From Glaucostegus cemiculus (taxonomy: Eukaryota): 64,000 nucleotides of DNA. Both the position numbers and the translations under genes were made by a program. How positions within the stretch are numbered: the stretch's first letter is position 1; each line of letters begins with the position of its first letter. The stretch lies in NCBI GenBank assembly GCA_976551045.1, contig CDPCPM010000076.1, positions 31,310,001-31,374,000 on the forward strand, given 5' to 3'. Shown piece by piece: positions 12,150 through 25,940 of this stretch. The notes beneath the pieces were generated by a model, which saw nothing but the letters and a program-made list of their open reading frames with translations, did not search any database and was not told the DNA's origin.

Positions 12150-13760
12150 TCCACTTGCACATCTACACTCCCAAGTCTGCTCTGGCCACCAGACTTCTGA
12201 TAATTATTCCCAAGAATTAACATTCTGCCGAAAGGGGAAACTGAAGGTGGTGGTATTCCATCGCACTTTTCCAGCCTTTTCCTTCAGGTAAACGAGATCA
12301 CAAATTTGAGAGGTGTTGTCAGAGTAGATTGCATGAGTAACTGCAGTGCATCTTATACATGGTACACTCTGGCCATATTAGTGAAGGCAATGAATGTTCA
12401 GGGCGATGGATGAGATGTGAATCATGCAGGCTGTCTTGTCCCAGACAGTGGCTTCTTACGTGCAGGAGCTGCATTCAACTGGCAAGCAGAAACAATTCCA
12501 TCATGCTCTCGACTTGTGACTCAGAGATGGAGCGACAGCTTTGGGATATCAGAATATGAGCCACTCATCACAGGATACCAGCCTCTGATATAATTTCTTT
12601 ATTATTGTCACATGTAGTGAGAGAGTGAAAAACGTTGTTTTGCATGCTATCCATACAGATCATGTCAAAACACAAGTACAGCTTCTAGCCATGGTATCTA
12701 CATGGCTGCTCCAATCGAGTCTCTGGTCAGTGATGACACCCAAAATGTTGATGGTTTAGGACCCACCAATGAAAATCTGTTGAATATAAACAGTCAGGGA
12801 TTAGATTTCCTCTTGTTGGAGATTGTCATTGTCCAGCAATTTGCCATTTATCAATCCAATCCTGAATGTTATCTAGGTCTTGCTGAATGTAGGCATGGTC
12901 CAGTTCATTCACTGAGGATCTGTGAATAAAATTGAATATTCATAGTTCCGAGTAAATTAATCAATCCACAGCTACATACTACAAGATCCAGACAACATTC
13001 AGGAGTGGATTGATAGATCATGCAATCATCAGCAAACATCCCCACCTCTGACCTGATTACAGAAGTATGACCACTGATGAAGCAGCTGAAGGTGGTTCGA
13101 TCAAAGGCATTGCCTCAAGAAATTCCTGTAGCAATGTCCTGGGGTTGGGATGATTGCACTCCAACAACCACAACTATCTTCCTTTGAATGAGATGAGGAT
13201 CCAAATGTTGGTGTGTTTTCCTCTAGACTTTTCCACTGACCTCTGTTTTACCACGTGTACTTCATGCTACACTCAGTCATATGCTGCCTTGATGTCATGG
13301 ATTGTCAAATTCCCCTCTCCTCTCTTGAAATCAGTTCTTTGGTCCTTGTTTCAATTAATGCTGTCACGATGTCCCTGTCAAGACGTCAGGGAGAAACCTG
13401 CATAGGGCATGAGTGAGCAGGTTATTGACAAAGCTTTCCACTAATTTTCTGATGACTAAGAATTGACTGACTGCGTAGTAATTAGCCAGAGCGGATTTGT
13501 TCTGTATTTTGTGAATAAGACAAAATTGGACAATTTTCCACATTTTTAGTGAGATTTCAGTGTTATAACTTTACTGGAACAACTTGGCTAGAGTTACAGC
13601 TATTTTTGGAATTTAGGTCTTCAGTACTACAGCCAGAATGTTGTGTAGCTCAGCTGTTGTTGTTGTGTCAAAGTGTTCTCAGTCATTTTTTGATATCACA
13701 TGGAATTAATCAACTGTCTGAAGGCTTGCTAATCCATTTCAGTGAACAGTTAAGAGTCAA
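12150..13760 (-). mobile_element. Ancient, heavily decayed CR1-like LINE (with a small Rex-type 3' fragment at ~12595-12680)
   Basis: The minus strand near 13020-13130 gives TTFSCFISG...IRSEVGMFADD, the RT palm motif. The rest is degenerate. Confidence 0.65.
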
Positions 13761-13842
13761 CACATTGCCATGGGTTTGGAGTCACATATAGGTCAGATCA
13801 GGTTACAGTAGCAGACTTCTTCCCATGAAGGACATTACTGCA

Positions 13843-14805
13843 GGCATGGTAGTGTAGTGGTTAGTGTAATGCTATTACAGCGCCGGCAACCTGGGTTCAA
13901 TTCCTGCTGCTTGGAGTTTCCAGCTTCCTGCTGGAGTTTGTACATTCTCCCTGTGTCTGCATGGATTTCAGTATCAGAATCATTTTTATTTTCACTACTA
14001 TATACACATTCAGTATGCATAGGAGCGAAATACCGTACTCCACAGGTCAAGGTGCTCGTCACATTAAAAAAAAACAATTAGAGACACAAAGACAGAAAGA
14101 CATTAAAAACATTGGAACCACAAAATTAAGTAACGACTCGAATAAACAATCTTAAAGTGAGTGTGCTGAGGCAGCAGACAATCTATATTTAAAGTGCTAG
14201 TACATTTCTGTATGCCTGGCATCCTTTGGTGTTGGCGGGAGGGATGGAGGGATAACGGAGTTCATGGTTCTGATAGCTTGTGGGAAGAAGCTATTGCACA
14301 GTCTGGTAGTCCTTGCCCGAATGCACTGGAGCCTTCTTCCAGATGTCAAGAGTGTAAAGAGGTGGTAGGAGGGGTGAGAAGGGTCCGACATTATGTTTGT
14401 GACCTTTCTGACTCATTGGTCCTTATATATATCTGCAATAGAGGGTAGAGAGTCACCTATGATCTTCTCTGCCACTCTCACTATTCTCTGAAGGGACTTC
14501 CGTCCAGCAGCTGAGCAGCTCCCATACCAGATGGTGATGCAGTGTGTCAGGATGCTCTCAATGGTCCCTCTATAAAAAATTTTCATAATAGAAGGATGGG
14601 AGTTCTCTTTCCTCAGTCTCCGGGTGCTCCAGTTTCCTCCCACATTCCAAAGAAGTAAGGGTTAGGAAATTGTAGGGATGCTATGTTGGCGCCTGAAGCA
14701 CGGTGACACTTGTGGGCTGCCCCCAGAACACTCTACACAACAGATGTACTTCACTGTGTGTTTCAATGTACATGTGACTAATAACAATATCTTTTCTTAT
14801 CTTAT
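13843..14805 (+). mobile_element. tRNA-derived SINE (V-SINE-like core, Rex-like 3' tail), split by a Rex1 insertion
   Basis: A box tagtgtagtgg and B box ggttcaattcc. The core resumes at 14618 (ctccgggtgctccagtttcctccc). Tail atgtacatgtgactaataac...atcttttcttatctt. Flanking ttactg repeats at 13835-13840 and 14806-14811. Confidence 0.85.
13968..14621 (-). mobile_element. Rex1/Babar-type LINE 3' fragment nested in the SINE
   Basis: ORFs FYRGTIESILTHCITIWYGSCS and DPSHPSYHLFTLLTSGRRL...NSFFPQAIR, with an (ATTCTG)-like tail at 13968-13982. Same family as 53200-54523. Confidence 0.92.
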
Positions 14806-16944
14806 TTACTGAACCAGTCAAGTTTTCTTGACAATTTGACAGTTTGGTCAACATTATCAAGACACATTTTATGTTGGATTCCAGATTATTCACTGAATTT
14901 AAACCCCACAGCTGCTATGGTAGGATTTGAACTGTTGGTTCAGGTCCCTGAGTTACTAATTTAGTAACCAAACTACCGAGCCACCATGTTACTATTAAAT
15001 AGGCATGCACAGTGGAATGGCAAATCATATTTCCAATTAAGCATATACTGAGACTCGGAGTCCACCTTTTAGGAGCACCCAAGCAATAGCTGCCCTTGAT
15101 TTCTACTGCTGCAAGTGGAAGTGTTAACTCACTGCTGCCACTTATTTGTTGGAAGGTGTACACCGTAAGGTCTGCTTCAGTGTTGGATTCAGAAAGATGT
15201 AAGGTGGTTAATGAGGATAGCAGATGCTGAATGAGATCAAGATTATTTCAGTGCCTGTGGAGCTTCTATTATAGAAATGAGTGAAGAGTGTTTGCCAATG
15301 TTCTTGGAGTATTCATGGAGTGTATCCATGATGTGTATTCAGTCATAAACTGCATACCGTGCCACTTGGCAGTTATCAGTCAGCAGTAGCTGGAAGGGCT
15401 TGGGTTGGTAGTGATATCTCCCTCCAAAACAAAAAGGTCCAGGCACGAGTGTACAGCTGTACTTTGACTACAGAAAGAAGCAGATTGCTGCCATCACTAT
15501 CTTTGAAAAAGCACTGCGTCCAAATGCATTACCCTTTAGAAAAGTGGAGTTGGAACACTTCTCATGGGAGATTTGGGAAAAGGCCCTCTTGGTCACAACA
15601 ATTCTCCATTTCTGGCAAGGAGCCATTGCTCTCTGGCCCTCTATCCCTGCTCCTGTTCATTGTGGAGACCAGAACCAAAACCAGGCTATCAGTTCTCAAC
15701 ACGTAGAAGCCTTCATCTCAAAAGTGCATAGAACACGACTAAACTTTTGCATCTCCTAGTTCTATATAGTTGACTTCAACAAGCTGTTCCTCAACTTTAT
15801 CAACAACCCTGAAAGTTTGCAGGTATGGGGATTGTTCCTACTGTTCAAACCTGACTTCATGTGTATGATTCATAATGCATGCTGATTGGACCTTTATTAA
15901 CAATGTTGAGAGGAATGTTGTGCAACAATTGTTGTCACCCTTGGTGCTCTTGTTGCTTCAGCCATGTGTATGCCACACATACTGCGAAACTCAATTGAAT
16001 CTTTCATTATATGCGAGGTTGAGAAAAGTTATTGATCAAAAATAGCAATCTGTACAATCATCCTTATGAAGTACAGATTTTCACAATTGAATTTTGAGGC
16101 CATTAAGTCTAAGGATACTCCAAAATGATATTCTTCCCAAGATGATGTTTATAAAAGGTTTAAAACATTCCATAGTGCACGTGTGCAGAACTTAATATAT
16201 CACTTACCTTCGCTCTGCAGTCACTAGTAAAAATTAGGTTTGCTGGTTGCCCACTGTAATGGCCTGGTTTTGATTATTGCAATCTAAAGAGCAATTTCAG
16301 TGCAGTTGGAAGTCTCAATCTAAAAACATCTTGATTGCTCATCATGTTAAAAATTTAAAAAAATAATGCAACTCTTTAACATGTCCTAATTGTGATAGGA
16401 TAAATACCCCACATAGTGTAGCATAAATTATATACATGTGTGTAGTAATGAAGTTGCAATACCCATGGCTTTGCGTACAATCTTTGCCAGGGATCAAAAT
16501 TATTATTACAGCTTTTATAACTTTAGATCAAGCACTGTCTGGTTCAGACAATGGAGAAAAAAACAGAATGTGAAGAAATGCAGAATTCAAGAATGGGATT
16601 ATTTAAAGTTATCGCATGCTTTAGGAAGATAGATATTGTACATATTGGGCCAGAAGATCCAGTTTACCAACCAGTAGCCACTTCTGGTACTTCTTCATGG
16701 TCTGCAAGTTGACTAGAGTAGGAGTGTCACTTGTTACTCTCCTAACCTGAACCAGCTGCCCACCAGCTAGTGAGGCTGGTCTCTTGCCACACTACTAGGG
16801 GGCAAGGAACCTCCCAGCAGGCAGCTTCTGGTTCAGCGATACAGGATCTCCTGAAAATTTCTGGAGCACCAGGACTGTTGAGTGGTGGGAGACGTCAGAA
16901 TGAGTGAGACTCTAGAAAAGAGCAGATCCTCTAGCTCATTCTGA

Positions 16945-17472
16945 GTGGATTAGGGAGAGTTGGTATGTCATCAAAGACTCTTGCAAATTTCTACATCTGT
17001 ATGGTGGAGAGCATTCAGACTGGTTGCATCACCACCTGGTATAGAGGCTCCTATATACAGGATCGAAAGAGGTTTCAGAGGGTTGTAGACTCAGCCAGCT
17101 CCATCATGGGCACAACCCTCCCTGCCTTCAAAGACATCTTCAAGAGGCAGTGCCTCAAGAAGGCGGCATCCAACATTAAGGACTCTCACCACCTGGGCCA
17201 TGCCCTCTTCACGTTACTACCATCGGGGAGGAGGTACAGAAGCCTGAAGACCTATACTCAATGTTTCAGGTACAGATTCTTCCCCTCCACCAAGAAATTT
17301 CTGAATGGTCCATGAACCCATGAACACTACCTCCTTATTCCTCTTTTACACTATTTATTTTTTTTAACTTATAGTAATTTTTGTGTCTTTATGTCTTGCA
17401 CTAGACTGCTGCCACAAAACAACAGATTTTATGTCATATGTCAGTGATAATAAACCTGATTTTGATTCTGAT
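16945..17472 (+). mobile_element. Rex1/Babar-type LINE 3' fragment
   Basis: ORF 16965-17315 has LANFYICMVESIQTGCITTWY...LFTLLPSGRRYRSL. Tail aataaacctgattttgattctga. Confidence 0.9.
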
Positions 17473-20400
17473 GGTTAGGGAAATTATACTATTTTCCCCA
17501 ACTCACTTTGATCAGCAGAATGTAAAGTGTTAACCTACCTACCAATGATTTGTCTATCTGTATCTTTTTCTCTGCTTTTGCCCCCTAATTGTGTTACCAT
17601 ACAGGGTCGTACTCCTTTCTCAATTTTCTGAATTACTGGTTACTTCAGTCTCTTCAGGCACACTTTTTAAATCCTGGTGCTGCAGTTCCTTGGAATCCCA
17701 CGAGCCTCCAATAAAATTTTGGAAATAAAGTCATAGCAAATGTAAACAGCACTCCAAAAACTACTCCCCTGCGTATCAATCTGCACCATTGCTTTATCAA
17801 AGGATGTTCCAGCATCAGTTCCTCTTAAGTGCCTTCAAAAAGAATTGATGTGTTCAATATCAGCAGCAATGTGGCAACGAATTCCAAATTCTAATCATTC
17901 TTTTTCTAAAGAGACTTCTTAAAACTTTTTCATTTCAATTCTTACCATGATTACTGTGCATTCATTGTCTCCCATTAGTATGCCATTGAACTGTGGAAAC
18001 AATCCATTATGTTTGCCCAATTGAACATTTTCATAACCCTGAAGCCCTCTCAGATAAACACAGAATTTTCAGTTTCAATGAGAAAAAGGGTCCCAATTTT
18101 TGAGAATTCTATTTATAATAAATGTCCTGAATTTTCAGATGGTCTTGCATCTTTTCCATTATCTTTATAATCTTTGCTCTAGCACAGTTTTCAAAGCTAC
18201 ACAATATGCCTGGTTGGAGGTTTACATTCTGTGATTCTAACTGCACAATTCTAAATTTTATCAAGTGTCACTTATAGTAACAAGTATATTCAGAATCATC
18301 TTACAACTTGCAGGTTTAAAATCTCATCTGTATTTTTACCTTCAAATTGCACTTCTACAATGAACTGTCCTTTCTTTGCCTGCATTTTTTCACTTTGTGC
18401 ACTGTCTGTTTTGATGGTGCATTTAATTTGTGGTGCTCTTCACTCTTCTTAGATTCAGGGCATTTATATGTCTGTAACAAATCAAACCAACTCCATCTTC
18501 AGCCTCTCCTGTGTAAAGGCACACAGAATGAGAGATTTACACCACCGAGCCCATTCCAACCAAATTTCTACCAAAACCTGGGAGCATTCTGTCCTTCAGT
18601 TGGAGAATAATGAGCTTCATAGGTCATAAATAAGAAGGACAGAAAGTTCCAAGACTCAATTATCTGCATCGGCTCAAGAGATCCAACGTACAAGCAGTAG
18701 ACTTCACTTGAAAACCCTGTTTTTGGAGGCTATACCTTTTAGGGAAGGTGTCATCAGCATATGCAAGGGATGATCACATGACTTCCAAGCACCAATGACA
18801 CCAGTACAATGTGGAATTAGCTGGAGGACAAAACTAACAAATTCTGCTGGGACTTTCATAGGTTTGTCAAAATTTAACCAAGCAGCACACATTGCAACAA
18901 TTACTCCCAAGTGGGAAACCAGCGGGCAGAGGCTCAGGCATTCCAGCCCATTGATTAGGAATATTTGACTCAGTGAGTAATTCCATTGGAGAAACTTATG
19001 ACACGGTTAGACCTTTTAAAGAAGGTCATTTGAAATATGAGTTGCAATACAACTGCTCTGAGTGAAGTATCTCAGTCAAGTATACTGCCCTGCATAATGG
19101 AAGCTCCCAGAGGGAAACATGGCAAACTGCCATCAAAGTTATTAGCTGTCATACAAATACTTTGAAGAACTCAAGAGATGGATAGCTCAATCTTGGTGAA
19201 TAGAAAATTCATCTTAGCCATCGTATGTGACATTCATTTCAAGCTGTACCTGACGCACCTGAAATATTAGTCTACAAATTGATCAGAGAGATCTGCACTA
19301 ACAAAACTCCTATACACTGCACCTGAGAATGGATGTTAACAAAAAAGCCTTATAATTCAGTCCCTAGGCCCAAGGTTGCTCTTATTACATGATTGGAGCA
19401 ATTCCCTTTTGGTGTGATTAAAAACAGTGCAGTTCCATCTTATTAAATTCAATCTGAAGTGGCATTGCTGCAGTGCCTTTATTTCTTCAATTGTCTGAAC
19501 TGTTCAATTGCATTATCAAAGTGATAGAGATGATATTAAAGATTTTGGTTACTAACACTAACCACTTTTCTGCCAACTGATCATATGGTTGTGCGATCGA
19601 AATTAATCAGGATGCTAATCACATTCCTGAACCCTTCTGCAACTTGTGTCTTTAGCAACATTTTTATTGTGTTAGCCTCATGCTAACCAGTTGTGTCATG
19701 TTTGCTGATTAGAACAATATTTACATAATGTTCAGGTCACTGAGAATGAATTTAACATAAACGTTGGTTCAAGATCAAAGAGATTGTGGGATGACAGCTC
19801 AGGCACCTGAAGTTTTTAATTGCACAGGGTTTGGCTGGCCAGTCAAAACTAAGCAGAAGCACTCAGTTGAGGGTGCTCCATCCTCGTGAGTTAGAGAGAA
19901 ACAACAATCACAGCAATGTCCAGTCGAAGACACAAGACTGATGGCACAAATGGATGGCACGTCTAATTATACAAAATGTTGGACATCCCAAATAATAGTT
20001 TTGATTTCTTTTGGATTCCAGCTTTAAGGCTCATTCATTTAAATGCTTTTTGTGAATCAAATGCCACATTAGACTTGCATGAGAGACCCACACTGCTGCC
20101 AGTCTGGAGCTTGCCTGATAATGGTACCCTAATGACAGGCCACACTGTTTCTCTACTTTTCTTCAGCATGTCCACTTGGGAGAAACCCCCCCTTATACTT
20201 CCCACCTGCTTTCCAGCATTGGTTGTTCTGGGCAGTGCATCTGGTGGTGTTCCAGTGTCAACAAATAGGCTTGGATCAGGTTAAATGGGCAAGTTAAAAA
20301 TAGCCCAAATCCTGTGTGAAATTGAGTTAGCATGGTTTACACTGAGACAAAAAGAACATGAAGAGTTCACCTGGAGGAGGATTTTCACAGTGGACACACT

Positions 20401-22140
20401 GCCCGTAACCCAGAAAAATGCAAGCCCTTTAACTTAAAGCAAAAGATGCCTCAACTCTCCAGTAAAGGCCGTCTTCATTGTTTCATCATTGGGCTCATAA
20501 ATATCGAAACCATGAACTTAGTTTGTTAGTAACTTGATTTTTACACAAGTAACATAAAAAAAAAGCACTTCACTTTATTGGCTTCCCTACAATGGCTACA
20601 GTCTCCATGCATGTATCATACACACATGCAGAGGATATGGGTCAAAAAATTGTAAATGAACAATTGGCATACAACAGTGATTGTGTTGTGCTATGTAATA
20701 TAATTTCTCAGTCACTGTGTTTTCAGACTGTAATAGATTGATGGAATTGACAGCTTCAAATCTCCCATGTGTGCTCTGAACAAACAATAAAACCTCAGTT
20801 GCCCATTTTAGATTTGAAGAGATAATGAAGACAGAAGACTCAGTATCCTTCTATTAAATATTAGTCTCTTATGATTATACATGTTCATACTGAGCCTGTA
20901 AATCCTTCTAATTTCAAAACAACCAGTTCTATCACATTGTAGATTTGATGCAAGTAAGAATACATAGCTTTCATTCATAAAATACATTTATCCTGGGGTA
21001 GATCTTGCTCATGATCATCCCTGGGTAAAATCCCATCCAATCAGAAACCAGATCAATCTTCTCTGGTTGTAAAGGATGATAGTGTACCTGTTGTTTTCCC
21101 CAAGGCCACATGCACACCTGCAGATGTCATCAGGTGAATAGTGCCCATTTCTTCAATTTCTGACATAAAATGGAACTTAAAGGTGCAGACAATGAACTTT
21201 GTTTATCAAAAAGCAAATTTCACAGCAGATTGGCAAAGAGTGGTAAATTAAAGAGCCCTCAGCGTGACATGTTTAACTCACAGCCTCTGTCACTCATTTT
21301 TCCTTGTTCAATTTGTATGCAGAAGCATCATTATAAATTCCCTTGATGGTCACATTATTTCAATGTTATGTACCTCAATGCAGGATGCTGTAATGTCTGC
21401 TAGATTGATCAGCCCTTACCTCACAGCGGCCTGGTGTCTCTTGGGAGGTTGTGCACCCAGTTTGGAACTCACAAATCCCCCCACTCACACATTTTCCCTC
21501 ACCTTCCTAGCAGCTTTTCTGCAGCTTGCCTGTGGTAGTATGGGAAGTTCATTAAGGTCTGACTGCCTTCCTATTGGGTCAATGACAAGGTAGTTGCAAC
21601 GTCTTCCAGTGGCTGTCATCATGTGTGATGTCATGATGTGCCATCATGGTAAAGCTTTACTGCATGATTTTGGATGTTAGCAGCCTAACAATATTTTTAA
21701 CAATCCCTGTTCACAATTTCCAGATTATTTTTGCGTTACTTAATTGGATTACATGAAGCACATGCGAAGCACACTAAAAAAAGACTGAACTCACCAAGTC
21801 CAAATCCATATAGTAATAGGTTCTTAAACTAAATTCAGGTTTGACTGTACGTTATCCTATTCTTCACCATCATAAATCTATGCCTTCCATTCCATTCTCA
21901 AAAGATTCCATTTAAACAAATGAGTGGAGTCACACACAAGTTAAAGTCAAAGCCTAAATTTCCCTCCCCAATCTGAAAGGTAAATCCAAAGTCATGCCTA
22001 ACATTCAACCATCTTATCAACATCAGGTCACACAAAAGTATTCAGTTAACCTCTATACAATACTGATAAAAGTAAGATGGCAAAAAGCAACACAAACAAT
22101 TAGAGTCCAAGGAATGCATTGTTAACTCTGTATTTTCTTA

Positions 22141-22475
22141 TGATAGAGTCATAGAGTGACACAGTATGGAAACTGGCCCTTTGGCCCAACTTGTCCATGT
22201 CAACCAAGATCCCCATCGAAATGTGACCCATTTCCCTCCAAACCTTTCCTGTCCAATTACCTTTAAAATGCTAGTAAAGTACCTGCTTCTACCAATTCCT
22301 ATGGCAGCTCATTTCATATACTGACCAAACGCTGGGTGAAAAAGTTGCCCCATAGGTTCCATTTAAATCTCTGCCCTCTCACTTTACACCTATGCTCTCT
22401 GATTCTTGATTCCCCAACTCTCAAAAAAAGACTGCGCACACTGATCTATCTATGACCTTCATAATTTTAAATACA
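22141..22475 (-). mobile_element. CR1 3' fragment
   Basis: Tail atagagtcatagag, 3' stem ggccctttggccc, and ctgggtgaaaaagttgccc (FFTQRV region). Confidence 0.8.
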
Positions 22476-22493
22476 AATCAAAGATTTTCTTTG

Positions 22494-22917
22494 ATCAGAA
22501 TCAGAATCAGTTTTATTGTCACTACTATATACACATTCAGTATGCGTAGGAGCAAAATACCATACTCCACAGGTCAAGGTGCTCGTCACCTTAAAAAAAG
22601 AAACAAACACTGAGAGATACAAAGACAGAGAGACACTAAAAACATTAGAACCACAAAATTAAATAGCACAACTTAAATAAATAATCTTAAAGTGAGTGTA
22701 CTGGCAGCGGACATTTAAAGTTTCTGTGTTTCTGTACGCCTAGCATCCTTTAGTGTTGGCGGGAGTGATGGAGGGATGAAGGAGTTCTCAGTTCTGATAG
22801 CTTGTGGGAAGAAGCTATTGCACAGTCTAGTTGTCCTTGCCCTGATGCACTGGAGCCTTCTTCCAGACAGCAAGAGTGTGAAGAGATGGTAGGAGGGGTG
22901 AGAAGGGTCCAACATTA
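22494..22917 (-). mobile_element. Rex1/Babar-type LINE 3' fragment
   Basis: ORF 22715-22915 has DPSHPSYHLFTLLLSGRRLQCIRARTTRLCNSFFPQAIR, with a (gaatca)n tail at 22494-22510. Nearly identical to the copy at 13968. Confidence 0.92.
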
Positions 22918-23065
22918 TATTTAATCTTACTTGCTAATATTTTTTCAGACCTTCTCTTTGCTTTCTTAATTTCCCTCTTAACTTTATTCATACTTCTTCT
23001 GTACTCTTCCAAATTTCCTGCTGTTTTAAGTTCTCGGTGTCTGATATAACTTTCCCTTTGATGAT
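22918..23065 (-). mobile_element. Internal CR1 ORF2 linker fragment abutting the Rex 5' junction
   Basis: Reads RELKTAGNLEEYRRSMNKVKREIKKAKRRSEKILASKIK, homologous to the ETFKNLQKETKKVIRKEKRNYEMKLAENIQ segment of the 46436 ORF. Confidence 0.65.
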
Positions 23066-23169
23066 TTATCCCATCCCCGACATATCTTGTCATGCAATAG
23101 CTCTGGATTTTGCAGTCCCACCCTTCTTCTTGACTTATTATTCCCTCATGCGATATGAGTGCCATTGAC

Positions 23170-24360
23170 AAGTCTGGCATTTGTTATCCATCTCAAGTTC
23201 CTGAACCACTGCTGTCCATCCAGTGCAGGCACTTCCACAGTGTTATTGGGTAGGGTGACGGTTGTAGGGTTGTAGGGATTCAAAGGGATGATCGGACTCT
23301 CTCTTGTTGAAAATGGTTATTGCCGAGTAATTTTTTGCTATACCTGTTATTTTTCACTCATCAGCCCAAGCTTGATTGTTGAATGCAGGCACGAATTCCT
23401 TTGTTATCTGAGGATTTTGTTACTGGAGCTGAACATTGTGTAATCATCACAGAATATTCCCACTTCTGGCATAATGATACAGAGCAAATGAAGATGATTA
23501 GACCTTGAACACTACCTGATGCTCTGGGGCTGAGTTAATTAGTTTCCGAAAACCACCACTTTTTCTCTGTGTGCTGGGTTTGATTCCTGCCAGTGGAAAG
23601 TTTTCCTTTCAATTTGCATAATATCAGATTTTCTGAATTTTCTGGATAGGACCCTCAGTTAAAAATTGCCTGAATGTCCGGCATAATCACTCTCACCTCA
23701 CCTTGGAAATCAACTCTCTTGTCCAAGGTTGTAATGAGGTCAAGTGGAACAACTCAGCTTGTCATCAATGCATGACTTCTTTCATTACCTTTCTGAAGAT
23801 TAAGAGGGGAATGATGGAATAGTAACTGGCACAAAAAGATACATCTTGCTTTTTGACGACAAGATTGATGTGGGTAAATGTTCATAATGTCAAGCAATAA
23901 CAGTGCTGTAGTTGTACTGAAACACACTAGCTAGAGACACACAAGAATTTGTTTGACATCAGAACCTTTCTGGTTCCAGTGTGCTCAGTCATTTCCTGAT
24001 ATTACATGGAGTGAATCAAACTAGCTAGAAGAATGCTTCAATGATGGTGGAGACTTCAGGTAGTGGCTGGGAGATAGAATTTTCACACAGGAAATCAGCC
24101 TAACATTAGTTGAAGACATTCCAGTCTTGGATTTTGCACTCATTTTGTGTTCTGCCATCATGGAGGATGATATTGTATTTGAAGCCTCCACTTCCCATTA
24201 GATATTGAAGTCTCTTCCTGGCTTCTGTTCATTAATGGTGCTCAACATAGAGGGAAAATGATGAATGTTCATCAGCAGGAGATGCCCACATTTGATCAGA
24301 TCCCATGAGGCTTTTTGGAGCTAAGCGCTCTCAGCACCAATCCCTCCCAATTATGGGACT
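23170..24360 (-). mobile_element. Ancient decayed CR1-like LINE (same old family as 12150-13760)
   Basis: Collinear degenerate similarity to 12700-13750, e.g. ctcttgttgaaaatggttattgcc vs ctcttgttggagattgtcattgtc, and catggagtgaatcaaact vs catggaattaatcaact. Confidence 0.6.
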
Positions 24361-25257
24361 GTCAACCCTCAGAGCTACAAATAGGGGTAGTCTTCAGTTT
24401 TTAATATGATGTACTGATGCTTTAAAAATCCATTTAGAGAAACAGAGGATATTGAGCTGGTCTCATTAAGGCTTATTTTTTTAAATACTCCCTAAATTGC
24501 AATCAAATGAAGAAATGGATGAATTTCTTTCCTCCTATGCAATTAAATTTCACTCAATCCTGCAGAAGGAGGCACAACCATTTCTATGGGTGTAGATTAG
24601 ACAAGAGGTTTACTGGAGAGATGCAAACTATCAAATCACATAGGTATTTGGAATTATGGCATGTACTTCACAAAGTTTTGTTAAATTCTCTTGATAACAC
24701 AATATTTTAATGTGTCGAGTGAAGCTTATCTCAAAAATCATGGCTTAATACATCTTGTGCATGTGGAATGCATTGATGCTACCAAAATCTCTGATTTCAG
24801 CTCCCCGAAAAACATCCCCTCCCCCCACGTAATCATATTCCTAAACCATCCAGACCACATCCAACTCAGCCACAATCCAAGAACTAATTGATTGCTTCCC
24901 CTTGCTCAACTGTTATTACACTGGCAAAGAGAAGGTCTTTCTTCACAAGGTTTGTGAAATGGAAGACAACATTCTAAATCTCTATACATAAACGAGTACG
25001 TTTTTCCTGACATAGAATAGTTTCTTCTCCCTTTGTCTGTGCTCTTCATTGGAGCAAAAGTGGAGGAAACTTCACAACAGTCCAACATTGTGAAAGAAAT
25101 TGGATTTGATGCAGTGCACAGCAAATGGTGATTGGTGTCAACATAAGACTACTCCAAATTGTTTATGTAGCTCCTGCTGCAAGTAGAATGATTCAGTCCA
25201 AGCTTTCTAAAGTGTTAACTCTAGTTGCACAAAGTACTAGATGTCACAAGGCAACTT

Positions 25258-25940
25258 AAATTGGTAAATTATTGTCACGTGCACTGAGGTACAGTGAAAA
25301 CCTTGTCCTTCATACCACTCATACATATCAATTCATTACAATAGTGCATTGAGGTAGTACAAACCAAAACACTAACAGAGTGCAGAATAAAGTGTTACAG
25401 TTACCGAGAAAGTGCAGTGCAGGCAGACAGTAAGGTGCAAGGTCATAAGGAGGTAGATTGTGAGGTCAAGAGTCCATTTTATCGTACCAGGGAACTGTTC
25501 AATAGTCTTATAACAGCAGGATGGATGTTGTCCTTGAACCTGGTGGTATGTGCTTTCAGGCTTTTGTATCTTCTGCCTGATCAGAGGGGGAGAACAAAAG
25601 AGAATTCCTGGGTGGGTGGGGTCTTTGACTATGCTGGCTGCTTTACCAAGGCAGCAATGTATAGACAAAGTCCATGGTTAGTTGCTGGTTTCCGTAATGT
25701 GTTGAGCTGTGTCCACAACTCTCTGCAGTTTCTTGTGGTCACAGGCAGAGCAGTTGCCATACCAAGCTGTGATGCTTCTGGATAGGATGCTTCCTATAGT
25801 GCATCAATAAAAATTGGTGAGGGTCAAAGGGGTCATGCCAAATTTCTTTAGCCTTCTGAGGAAGGAGAGGCGCTGGTGAGCTTTCTTAGCCATGGGATCT
25901 ATGTGGTCAGACCAGGACAGGATATTGTTGACTTGCACTG
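25258..25940 (-). mobile_element. Rex1/Babar-type LINE 3' fragment
   Basis: AKKAHQRLSFLRRLKKFGM...LTNFY and CLGKAASIVKDPTHPG. Similar to 63090-63922. Confidence 0.9.

Noticed and set aside
13843-13910. tRNA gene
   Set aside because: The A/B boxes belong to a SINE head that continues into the SINE core and tail. There is no full cloverleaf.
16788-16806. CTCF-like ctactagggggca
   Set aside because: It is a weaker core match in what may be an old repeat.
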